A DNA stretch of 63,347 nt, the filler included, from Hyphochytrium catenoides (Eukaryota; Protista; Hyphochytriomycota), in the NCBI GenBank assembly GCA_900088475.1. It is 10 parts of 10 records of this genome, joined end to end, with 100 filler letters (N's around TTAATTAATTAA, not from the genome) between each part and the next. Parts side by side here need not be neighbours in the genome. Positions count along the whole stretch, not along the records: positions 37,368 to 40,881 come from FLMG01001187.1; positions 40,982 to 47,970 come from FLMG01001371.1; positions 48,071 to 61,029 come from FLMG01003978.1; 7 more parts are not named here. One strand, given 5' to 3'. This document shows, piece after piece, positions 37,368 to 48,396 of this stretch; position 1 is the first letter of the stretch, and each line of letters begins with the position of its first letter. The notes under the pieces were generated by a model, which was given only the letters and a program-made list of their open reading frames with translations, made no database searches and was not told the DNA's origin. The position numbers and the translations under genes are program-made.

Positions 37368-38520
37368 GCTGAAGCCCCTGTGGGTTGAAATTGAGGCTCG
37401 CCCTTCGGGCTCGCAATTATGCATAATATGATGCCTAGACGAGGACAGGTATCAATAGCTTTAGGCTCCGCCTAGGGCTCGCCCGACGTTACTAGTGTGT
37501 AATCCAGCCTTCGGCTGCATTATTAGTGGAAGATGCTTTGGACCACCACTGATTTAGTCGTCGTACAAGTTCTTGTACCCGTCGTAACACTATAACTTGT
37601 AGGAGCTCTTCATTTCTTCTATCGATATTTCCTAGATAGGCAGGCCCACTCTCTCAAGGATCTCCCTACTCGTTCACCCACGCCTTCTACAGGAGAATAG
37701 TGAGTGAGTAAGTGAGTGAATTGCAAAACTTTCTCAACTCTCGACTGCTGCAGGAGTTGCGTGACATGTCACCTCCACCCTCAGCTCCTTCCACTAAAAA
37801 GACAGGATAGTAGGTGATGCGCCTCAGGTAAAATGAGGCTACAACACAATTTCGCCTGGACTCACGCGATGAGTCTCGGTTTATAGTGATACGTCTCGCG
37901 TTACAAATTCGATTTATGTTCATACAAACCCTTTCGCTTCTTCTCTGATCCCCTTTATATCTCCAAACTACACAAAGAAAGACCCAAACCCAAAGAAACA
38001 GCCAAAACAGTGATTAGTGAAAAAGCAAATAGTGAAATTTTGATCACAAACACACACACACACACACACACACAGACACACGAAACACGAAAAAGTCCAT
38101 TTGTGCTGAAGCCCCTGTGGGTTGAAATTGAGGCTTATCCTTCGGGCTCGCAATCAATAGCTTTAGGCTTCGCCTAGGGCTCGGCCCGAAGTTAATAGTG
38201 CGACATCCAGCCTTCGGCTGCATTATTAGTGGAAGATGCTTGTTGGATCACTGATTTAGGTGTACAACTAACACCAGGAGCTCTTCATTCCTTCTATCAT
38301 TATTTAAGTAGGCACACTCTCTAAAGAATCTCCCTACTCGTTCACCCACGCTTCCTACAGCAGAGTAGTGAGTGAGTGAGTGACTGAGTGAGTGAATGGC
38401 GAAACTCTCTCAACTCTTGACTGCTGCAGGTCGTGTGACATGTCACCTTCACCGTCAGCTCCTGAGGCTAAATACAGGACAGTAGGTGATGCGCCTCAGG
38501 TAAAATAAGATTACAACAAA
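37368..38520. repeat. Diverged direct duplication (37368-~37850 and 38105-~38520) of a hairpin-rich non-coding element
   Basis: GCTGAAGCCCCTGTGGGTTGAAATTGAGGCT, CCAGCCTTCGGCTGCATTATTAGTGGAAGATGC, GTGACATGTCAC and GTAGGTGATGCGCCTCAGGTAAAAT are present in both copies. Confidence 0.85.
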
Positions 38521-38536
38521 GAACCTTTGGTTCTTC

Positions 38537-38820
38537 TGTTGGACTATATGGGATGATTGGACAATGTCATTTGATGAGAGTGCTCTACTTATAAGCCTAA
38601 CTGGGGCCCACAATCTAGAGCTATTCTGGCTATGCCAACTATTCCAAATAAAGTCTAAGATATGGAGTTATAGAGATTTCCCTGTCTAGAATTTTCAGTC
38701 CTGAAGGTATTCCGGGGTACTGACCATAAGCCATAGATATAAACAGGGACATTTCGTTGAAACTTGGAGTTAAGCTTCCCCAGCTTGTAGTCCATATAGC
38801 TGTGCCCTTAGACTCCAACA
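38537..38820. mobile_element. 284-nt LTR with TGTTGGA...TCCAACA termini, abutting a copia RT fragment
   Basis: It has a perfect 7-nt terminal inverted repeat. Homologous pieces occur at 26629-26832, ~39530-39572 and 62858-63150. No target-site duplication is visible. Confidence 0.75.
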
Positions 38821-39480
38821 GTTTTGACGTCAACGTGGTGGAAGTCGAGATCATATGTGGCTGCCAATGAGAGAAGACATCGCACTGACTCATCACTGAC
38901 GACAGGTGCAATAACGTCATTGTAATCAGCTACAAACTTCTGGTTGTATGCTTGGGCTACCAGACGAGCTTTGTAGCGGTCGAGACTGCCCTCGCTGTTA
39001 TACTTGGTGCGGAGAACCCACTTACACCCGATCACAGTGGCGTCCGGTGGCCGTTCAACAAGCTCCCAGACATCATGTTGTTCCATCGAGGTCAACTCGC
39101 AAGCAATAGCAGCGCTCCATTCTTACCCCGGTTCAGATAGATCATTGTCCACCTTCTGATGATGGGAATCGGGAAACACTGCGGGATCGCCCAGACAGTC
39201 TACAAAATTCGCTTGTTCACAACCCTGATCCAGCAACCGGTATTCAACTACCTCCTTCCGCTCTTCAAACACCGCCTTCAACAAGAAGACTATTTTCTCG
39301 ATGGCTAACCACATCAAGAACTCCTCATCACCGACTGAACCCAAAACTATAGAAGAGGCTCTCTCTGGGCCGGAGGCTCCGGTGTGGAACGCCGATATCC
39401 TTAGTGAAATGACGTCTATGGACCAACACGACGTTTGGGAACTCGTGGAACGCCCTCCAGGCGCAAACGTCATTGGGTGT
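38821..39480. pseudogene. Two copia RT N-terminal fragments in opposite orientation (38821-39120 minus; ~39300-39480 plus)
   Basis: MTSMEQHDVWELVERPPDATVIGCKWVLRTK...YKARLVAQ on the minus strand; EPKTIEEALSG...MTSMDQHDVWELVERPPGANVIGC on the plus strand. Confidence 0.88.
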
Positions 39481-39631
39481 GATGAATGTATGGGATTTGG
39501 AGACAATTACAATCACATTATTGTCTCCTGCTCGGCTTATAATCCTGAAAGGGTAGTCTCTAGATTGTGGGGAACAAAGACTAAAGCCAGCAGCGTCCTC
39601 TGAACAGCTTCGAGATTACATTTTAGACCCC

Positions 39632-40783
39632 ATGTCCTTCTCAGAAGCAGACAGACAAAGAGACTTTATGCACTCGAAGATGGGAATGACGCTTGCTAAT
39701 TCACGAACATTGCTGGCCTTGGTACAGAACACAATCATGCTAAGACAGCAGTACCTTCGCAAGATCTACCCTGCTATGAACATCACTGAGGCAAGAGACG
39801 CACACCTTTTTGATATGGTCTTTACACAGTGCTTCCCACCTACCTCCATTGGATCAAAGCTACGCCTACTCAGAGCGCTATCGCCAGAGGACCGAGCCGC
39901 GTACAAGACCAAACCCTTTCTCAAAGCGCTCACCATGCTCGATGAGTCCTTTGATGTCGACAAATTGACAGACGAGAACTTTGAGCTGAAGCTGGCGACG
40001 GTGATGCACAAAGTTGAATCATATCTTCAAATTCTCTGTTTGCGCAGTGGTGTGGGCTACGAGACAATGCTCCATGATGCTGAGCATATTGAACGGACCA
40101 AGTATATGATCTATACACAGCTAGATCCCAATGTCGACGATCCCGAGAGAGAAGGCATGGAGACTGAAATGAGACAGGCTGACGGTGTTCCCATTACTGA
40201 TGATGACGCAGGTGCTGTCATGCAAGCAAACGGGCAGCGTGTGAGCACCACATGGAACCCTTCGACTCAAAATCAAATCACAAGAGACCAAATTGATGAC
40301 ACCAAGAAACAGACCTACGAAAGAGAAGTAGGAAAGTTCCTGATGTGGACCATGGACGGTGGCGAGGACGAACCTTATGTTCCGATGCATACAGGAGCCG
40401 CCGAATACTACTTTGGCGCGTCCAACTATGAAAACCTGAAGAAGAAGTTCGATTCGATGCGGCCTTTGCTTCCAAAGGAAAGCGTCAAGAACCCTAGCCA
40501 CGAGATTGAGAAGATCCTGGGACTGTATGGGCCCATTCTGGGAGTCAAGGGGCGTATCACAAGCGACAAAGACCATCCTGTGATGATTCAGCAGGAAGTG
40601 ATGGAACTGCAGGAGCTTGTCAAAGCATGCTCAGAGTACACTGTCACTTCCGAGCCCTACTATAACCACACGCCTTCCCATGAAAGACAGAAAGAAGCAG
40701 TCGAGCCAGAACGTTCGCAGGATATTTCTTCAAGAAGCGGAGTTTCTGGTGGTGGGAGGAAGGCGACGGTGGTGAGCATGTAA
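39632..40783 (+). CDS. Intronless orphan ORF, 383 aa, unknown function
   Basis: Long, complex, stop-free ORF with no microsatellites. The frame stays open upstream of the ATG (EQRLKPAASSEQLRDYILDP) into an LTR-like fragment. Confidence 0.6.
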   Translation: MSFSEADRQRDFMHSKMGMTLANSRTLLALVQNTIMLRQQYLRKIYPAMNITEARDAHLFDMVFTQCFPPTSIGSKLRLLRALSPEDRAAYKTKPFLKALTMLDESFDVDKLTDENFELKLATVMHKVESYLQILCLRSGVGYETMLHDAEHIERTKYMIYTQLDPNVDDPEREGMETEMRQADGVPITDDDAGAVMQANGQRVSTTWNPSTQNQITRDQIDDTKKQTYEREVGKFLMWTMDGGEDEPYVPMHTGAAEYYFGASNYENLKKKFDSMRPLLPKESVKNPSHEIEKILGLYGPILGVKGRITSDKDHPVMIQQEVMELQELVKACSEYTVTSEPYYNHTPSHERQKEAVEPERSQDISSRSGVSGGGRKATVVSM

Positions 40784-40981
40784 GGCGAGAGCTCGAAGAC
40801 GATACCATCGTCAAGTTTGAGCCCAAAAGTGTTAGATTTTATTATTTGATGGTGAGCACTTTGAATTAATATTGGGGGTTGNNNNNNNNNNNNNNNNNNN
40901 NNNNNNNNNNNNNNNNNNNNNNNNNTTAATTAATTAANNNNNNNNNNNNNNNNNNNNNNNNNNNNNNNNNNNNNNNNNNNN

Positions 40982-41260
40982 AAGAATCGACCGTGTCTTA
41001 AACCCCGGCGCCATGAGGAGAAGGACCGCACTCTGTGTCTCACAGGCAGCGAAACGGACGTCAAGGTCTAACATAATGTTCTGGTCCGAAGGATCGTTGT
41101 CCACGAGGCGAACGCTGGTCACCACGGGGTGACTGTTGCCGAAGTCAACCCTTGTGAAGACAGCCTGAGAGAGAGAGAGAATGAGAAAGAGAGAGAGAGA
41201 GTGAGTGAGACAGAGAGAGTGAGTGAGAGAGAGAGAGAGAGAGGGTAGAGNNNNNNNNNN

Positions 41261-41296
<36 letters not shown>

Positions 41297-42489
41297 CGAG
41301 AGAGAGACAGACAGACAGAGAGAGAGAGAGAGAGAGAGAAAAGGGAGCGAACGAGCGAGCGAGAGAGAGAGAGAAAGGAAGAAAGAGAGAGAGAGAAGGA
41401 GATGGTGGGAGAGAGCGGATTGGTAAGAGAATGCGAGAAATTGGAGAGCATTAGGGTTCGGGAGAGAGTTTATCAAAAGAACAGAGGGGGAGGAAGAGAG
41501 AAGGGGAAGGAGGAGCAAAGAGTGAAGAAGAGAAGGAAGGGGATACTGTGAACAGAGACAGAGAAGAGAAGGGAGAGAGAAGAAAGAAGAGAAAGGGAGA
41601 GAGAAGAAAAAGAGTAGGGAGAGAGAAGAAAAAGGAGAGCGGAGAGAGAAGAAAGAAGAAGGAAGGGAAGAGAAGAAGAAGGAAGGGAGAGAGAAGAAGA
41701 AGAAGAGGGAGAGAGAGAGAAGAAGAAGAGAAGGGAGAGAGAAGAAAGAAGAAAAGGGAGAGAGAAGAAGAGGGAAGGGAAGAGAAGAAGAAGGAAGGGA
41801 GAGAGAAGAAGAACAGAAGGGAGAGAGAAGAAGAAGAGAAGGGAGAGAAGAAGAAGAGAAGGGAGAGAAGAAGAAGAGAAGGGAGAGAGAAGAAGAAGGA
41901 AGGGAGAGAGAAGAAGGAGGAAGGGAGAGAGAAGAAGAAGAGAATGGAGAGAGAAGAAAGAAGAGAATGGAGAGAGAAGAAGAAGGAAGGGAGAGAGAAG
42001 AAGAAGAGAAGGGAGAGAGAAGAAAGAGGAGAAGGGAGAAAGAAGGGAGAGAGAAGAAAGAAGGAAGGGAGAGAGAAGAAAGAAGAGAAGGGAGAGAGAA
42101 GAAAGAAGAGATGAGAGGGAGAAGAAGAAGAGATGGGAGAAAGAGAGAGATGGTAAAGGACAAATAGAGTGAAGAGATGAGAGAGAGGGTTGGTAAGAGA
42201 CAGTGGTAGAGGTTAGAGAGGGCCTAAGTTGCCGAGAGAAGGTAAAAAGAGTGACCAGAGAGAGAGAGAGAGAGAGTTGGGAAGAAAGAGAGAGCTGGGG
42301 GAAGGGAGAAAGGGGGGCACTGGGGTTGGGAGAGAGAATGAGTGTGGATAGAGAGAGAAGAAGCAGGGAACGAGCAAGAGAGACAACTTAATGAAAGATA
42401 GAGAAGATAAGTGGAAAGTATGAGGGCTGCTAAGAAGAGAGAAGAGAGAGAGACGAGGGGAGACACAGAAAACGAGAGCGTTGAAAGTT

Positions 42490-42524
<35 letters not shown>

Positions 42525-43566
42525 CTAATAGAGAGGCCCACAAGGCTAAAAGGTATGGAAGAGATAAAGAAGAAACAATGGGGGGAGGTTCTTTTTCTTG
42601 AGGAAAGAAAGGGAAGGGACATGGAGCGCTCCCCCTCAGGGAGGCGAAGACAGGAAAGGAGAGAGAGAGAGAGAGAGAGAAAAGAGAAGGAAGGAGAGCT
42701 GGGAAGAGAGAGAGAAACAACAACACATGCGAGGGCGATGGAGAGAGAAAAAGAGACGTTGGAGAGCGTGGGAGCGGGGACAAAGAGAGAGAAAGAGCGA
42801 GAAAGGAGAGAAAGACGCGGACAGAGGGAGAGATAGAGGAGAGAGAGAGAAAGTGAAGAGAGACAGACGTAAGGAAGGAATGGAGGCAACCAAAGGAATA
42901 AGTAACTTGAAGAAGAGAGAGAGAGAGGGAAACCGAGAGAGATTGAAGGAGGAAATAGCTAAAAGCAGGTGGAAGAAGGAGCTCTAAAAATGTGGCAAAG
43001 GCTCACAGAGAAAGAAAAGGGAGAGAGAACGGGAGAAGGGGAGGGAGAGAGAGAGAGAACGGGAGAAGGGGAGAGAGAGAGAGAGAGAGACTACCTTGGT
43101 CAGATAAGAAGGCTTGGAGCTCTCCAGGAGAGGATTCAACGCTCCCATGAGAGAGTTTTCTATGGCTTTTCTTAGGAAAGGCCACCATCTCTCCAGAGCT
43201 CTGTTTAGCCATTCCACGCGACTTTCATCAGGAAACTGGACCCATCGAGGGAGATCAACGCTTTTGTAGAGAGAGAGAGGCGTTCTCTCTCCCTCATTCA
43301 GGTAAGAGATTCTCTCTCTTAGTTTTCTCAGCTTGACGTGGGTACTGTTGGCATAGTAGCGGAAGCCTGTGATAATACTAGGGACAAAGAGGTCCCAGCC
43401 TGTCACGCGAGCGAAGAGAAAAGAGAGAGAAGAGAGAGAGACAGTGGAGACATAAGAGTCTCTCTCTCCTTCCACAATCGCCACTCCTCTCTGGACAAAA
43501 AGACGGCTTTCTACACAGCAGAAGATACCACAAAGCGCCAGGAGCCACGCATAGTCACTCATCACA

Positions 43567-43601
<35 letters not shown>

Positions 43602-44068
43602 TCCTCCTAAGTAACTTGCCGTTGTATGGAGAGAGAAGACCATAGTATAATAGAGAAAGGGAAGAAAAGGAGAGAGTCTTTGGAGAAGTGTCTCTCCTTC
43701 TTCTGCATTTCCTTCCTCTAGACTTTGCCTGAGGGAAGAGAGATGGGGAAGTTCTCTCTGTATCTCATGCCTTCGAGTCCTGACTCTTTCTCTCTCTTCT
43801 TCTTCCTCTTCCTCTATCTCTCCCTTCGCTTCTCTCTCTTGTTCCAGTTCTCTCTCTTCTGCTGCTTTCTCTCCTTCTCTCTCTTCTTTGCTTCCTCGGT
43901 GGCTGCGGGGAGACATTTGACTCAGTTTCTTGAGCGTTGGCTCGAAGAGATGTCGGCTTCTCTCGTTCAGTTTGTCGGCAAACTCTGTGAACTCTTTCAC
44001 CTGAGAGAGAGAGAGAGNNNNNNNNNNNNNNNNNNNNNNNNNNNNNNNNNNNNNNNNNNNNNNNNNNN

Positions 44069-44099
<31 letters not shown>

Positions 44100-44490
44100 G
44101 GTGTGTTAAAGTGAGTGAGAGCAAGAGAGGGAAGGGAACAGGTGCAGAGCAAAAGGAATAAGGAAAAGAAGGAAGGATGAGTAATAAGAGAGAAAGAGAA
44201 AGAGCGAAAGAGGGACGGAGAGAGAGAGAGAGAGACAGAGAAAAATGAGATGATCAGAACCCAGATGGGTGACGGGATGAGAGAGAGAGAGAGAGAGAGA
44301 GAAGAAAGCGAGAGGGACATACCAGACGAGGATCAGAGAGAGAGAGACAGAGGCGACGCAGAGCATCGAGGCATAGAACGAGAGAAAGAGAAGAAAGGGA
44401 GAGAGCGAGAAAGGGGGAGAGAGCCGAAGATAAGCACAGCGAGAGCGAGGGAACGTAAAAAAAGAGAGAAGGTCCGAAGGGCTATGATGG

Positions 44491-44534
<44 letters not shown>

Positions 44535-46565
44535 CTGTGTTTGTCTCTTCTCGTTGATAATCTCAGCCATTTCCTTCAGTGTCTCCTGGGTCTGATGAAG
44601 AGGCTTTGCGGCAGCTCTGCATAGGAGGAAAATCGGGAGAGAGTGAGAAAGAGAAGAGGAAAAGAAGAGAGAGAAACAACATAGTATATCTATGAATAGA
44701 GAGAGACGGAGAAAGCGAGTGCAGAAGAGGAACGACAGAGAAATGTGAGGGGGAACGGAACTGTAAGTGAACAATGGGAGAGGGAGAAGTAAATAGGAAC
44801 AGAGAGAGAGAGGGGATAAGAGAGAGAGAGAGCGGGGATAAGAGAGAGAGAAAGAGCGAGAGAAGAGAGAGAGAGAGACTGACCTGCTCGCTTTTCGGAT
44901 GATCTCTCCTGTCTTCTTCATATCCTCCTGGAACTTGGTCGTGGAGTTCAAGATTGCGGACTTGACGGAAGCGTCCAACTGATGGAGACCAAAGGAGCTC
45001 TCGAAGTGCTTCAGCTCCGAGATCTTGTCACTGAGAATATCAAACGGCGTTGGGCGTCTCTCCTGGTCTGTCTCCTCCTCTTCTTCGCCTACCACTCTCT
45101 CTCTCTCTTTCTCTTCTTCTCTCTCTCTTCTCTCTCCTCTCTCTTCTTCTCTTCTACTGGTCTCTTCCTCTTCCGTCGACGGTGTGGCTCCTCCTCCTGG
45201 AGTCATCTTCGCTATGGCGCTGGAGGGCGCCTGAGACTCGAGAAGAGAGAGAGAGACTCTTTCTTCTTCCTTCACTTTCTCTCCTTGCGCTGGTTCTTCT
45301 CTCTCTTGGAGTCTCTCTCTTGCTGCGTCTCTCGTTAAAGACTCTACCACTCTTGATTGTCTCTCTTCCTCTTTCTCTCCATGGTCTGTCTCTCCCTTTC
45401 TCTCTGTCTGAACTATTTCAAACCATCTCTCTCTCTCAAATTGTGAGCGACACTTCAGAGAGAAAAGAGCAGTCTTTCTCTTCTCTCTCTTTCCTTTAAA
45501 ATAACTCTGCACTTCGACAGCGAAAGAGAGTGGCTCGTCGTCAATTTCTCTCTCTTTTTCTTCACTTTTTTGTTCTGTTCTTTCTTCATCGGTCCTTTGT
45601 CCCTGCAGGGGAAGAGAGAGAGAGAGAGAGAGATTGAGACAAAGAGAGAGGGCAACCGAGAGAGAAGGAGAGGAAATGGAGAGGGAAAGAAAGAGAGACA
45701 ACGCAACCGAGAGAGGAGAAGAGGGAGAAGAGAGAGAGAGAGAGAGGAAGAGAGGAAGAGAGAGAGAGAGAGAACGAGAGAGAGAGAGAAATTTCAGAGA
45801 GAAGAGAGAAAGGAAAGAGACGGAGAGAGTGAGAGTGCGAGCGACAGAGGAAGAGACGGAAAGGAGAGAAAGAGAGAGGGGCAAGGAAGGAGGAACAGAG
45901 AAAAAAAAGAGACAGAGAGTGAGAAGGCTATTGTGAGTAAGAGAGAGAGAGAGAGAGAAGAAAGATGGAGAGAAAATGGCCAACGGGAAAGAGTCTACGG
46001 AGAGAGGGAGAAGCAGCTGGACGATCTACGGATCGAGGAAAGAGAAATACAGAAAGAAAGAAAGAAAGACAAATGTGAAGGAGAAAGAGAAGACGCAGAA
46101 AAGAGAGAGAGAGAGAGAGAGAGAGAGATGTTGGGGAAGAGACACTATGTCCTTACGTGGCTACTACTGAGAGAGATTCCTGGACTATGGAGCTTTACAA
46201 AGGTGGAGTTCCTTAGGGGAAGAGCCAGCGAGAAGTGCTCTCGGATTTTATCGGGAGCTGCTCTCGTCCTGGGAGAGAGAGAAAGAGAAAAAGAGAGAGA
46301 GAGAAAAGAGAGAGAGAGAAAGAGGAGAGAACATAGAGAGAAGCCAAATATTAATTTCAGAAGGAGAAGAGTCAGTAGACCAACTCTTTGAATAGAGGCA
46401 GACAAAAAGTGTCTTCTCTCTCTCTCTCTCCCTTACCCGCATACACTGTCTTTTTCTCTCTCTCTCTCTCTCTTCGTCGGGACAATCTGCGCATTCCAAA
46501 GTCATTATCTCCCCTTTCTCTTGTTCTACTCCTAGCCTTTCTTCCTCAGCTTTTCTCCTCGCTCT

Positions 46566-46602
<37 letters not shown>

Positions 46603-46681
46603 TTCTGTCACTATGTCATCTGTTCCCTTCTTTGTCGTTATCTGGCTTTCCCAATTCTCCCGCTTTAGTTTAGGCTCATGT

Positions 46682-46729
<48 letters not shown>

Positions 46730-47245
46730 CTCTCTCTCCTCTCTCTTTGTGAGTCTCTCCGTTCAACTTACTCTGAGAGGTAAAGTGTTGGCTCTCCCTC
46801 GAAGATGACGGCAAACATTAGCTTGGGACTCTGAGAGCGACGGCTCTGAACCTTTATCTTCTGCACCATGATCTGTCCATAAATAGCCACACTTCTCTCT
46901 CCTTTCTCTCTCTCTCTCTCTTTCTCTCCATCTCTTTCCTTAACGTCTACCCCTTCTTCGCCAATAGTCTCTCCCGTTTCTTCTCTCTCTTTCTGGTGCT
47001 TTCTTGACGCGGCGCTGAGGCGAGAGAAGAAAGAGGGAGAAGAAGCTCTTCGTCTCTCTCCATCCCCAGGGCTGCTCTGGCTTCTTTCTCTCTCCTTTCT
47101 CTCTTTCTCTTTCTCCTCACTCGAGCGCGGAGAAGAGGAAAAGAAGAAGGGAGAAGAGAGAGGAGACGAAGCAAATCGAGTCAGGGCAGACTTTGTTTTA
47201 ACAGCTTCTGCCTCTCTGGTCTCCGTGGACTGGGAGAGAAAGAGA

Positions 47246-47290
<45 letters not shown>

Positions 47291-47670
47291 TACAAAGTGA
47301 GAGAGAATGAGAGAGAAAATTAGAGAGGAGAAAGGGAAAAAAAAAACCCAATGACATTTGAGGAAAAGAGGCGTAACACAGACGAAGAACGGTAAAAAAG
47401 TAGACAGCCCCTTTCAATTTCGATTCTCTCTCTCTCTCTCTCCTTCTCTTTCTCTCTCACTCTTCACCCCTTCTCTCTCTCTCTCTCTCTCTCTCTCTTC
47501 CTCTCTTTTTTGTGTCTCTCTTTCCCGCTTCTCCTCTTCCTCCTCTCGACTGACCTCTGGGGATGACTCCATAGCCAGGTCGGGGCTGGTGATGATGGGA
47601 GGAGGAGGAGACATTCTCTTCCGAGGAGATGTCTCTCCAGTCTGGTAGTTAGCCTTCTCTTTCATCTTTC
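40982..47670 (-). CDS. Synaptotagmin/tricalbin-like membrane-contact protein: N-terminal PH-like region, hydrophobic anchor, SMP domain (3' truncated)
   Basis: SMP entry motif LPRWVQFPDESRVEWLNRALERWWPFL is spliced (intron 43094-41165) to AVFTRVDFGNSHPVVTSVR...IMLDLDVRF. Hydrophobic WLLALCGIFCC...SLSFLFARVTGWDLF lies upstream. PH-like pieces are IYGQIMVQK..MFAVIF..TLYL and FSLKCRSQFERERWFEIV. Confidence 0.8.
41550..42140 (+). repeat. Purine minisatellite (GAAGGGAGAGAGAAGAAG-like units) within a 1.9-kb intron
   Basis: About 600 nt is almost exclusively A/G with recurring GGGAGAGAGAAGAA units. Confidence 0.9.
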
Positions 47671-48396
47671 TCTCTGTCTCTCTCTCTCTCTCTTCCTCTC
47701 TCTCTCTCTCTCTCTCTCTCCCTGCTGCCCCTCCCTAAGTCATGGGAGGACTAAGCTCCGTCAGGTCTGAAAGGGAGAGAGAAGACAGGAGAAAGAGAAG
47801 ATAAAGAAGAGAGGAGTTCCTCTCTCGCCCTTCTTGCTTTCGTCAGCACCTTGCATCTTCCTTCTTTTGCTGTCTTCCTCTGTCCTTTCCTGTCTTTCTG
47901 ACAGCCATTCTTTTCTAGGGGCTCTCTTTCTCCATACCTCTCTCTCTCCTTCTCTCTCTCTCTCTCTCTCNNNNNNNNNNNNNNNNNNNNNNNNNNNNNN
48001 NNNNNNNNNNNNNNTTAATTAATTAANNNNNNNNNNNNNNNNNNNNNNNNNNNNNNNNNNNNNNNNNNNNTCCATTCCCCATCTGTTACTTAAGTTCTAT
48101 TTCTCCATCTATCGATGTTGATTGTCGCTAGAGAATGGTGGTCTGTCTAGTTCTATCATCGCCTTCGCCTGCTTACACCTGGAGATGACGCAACATTCTT
48201 CCTCTTTACTTTGTCTTCCCGTGTCCAATAACATCTCATTCACTCGAGATTGCGTCCTCTTGAATCTCACGAGACCATCTCATTTTATGTCTCTTTCTCT
48301 CTCTCTCTCTCCCTTTCTCGCTCTTTAATCCTTTCTCTCTCCCTTCGCTTCTTTTCGCGCAATTGTCGTTGATGTTGCTTTGACGACGTATGACAG

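Noticed and set aside
40934-42889. Long S/L/F-rich and E/R/K-rich ORFs (e.g. 40934-42163, 41548-42114, 42224-42889) and many similar ones elsewhere
   Set aside because: These are translations of stop-free CT/AG microsatellite introns, not genes.
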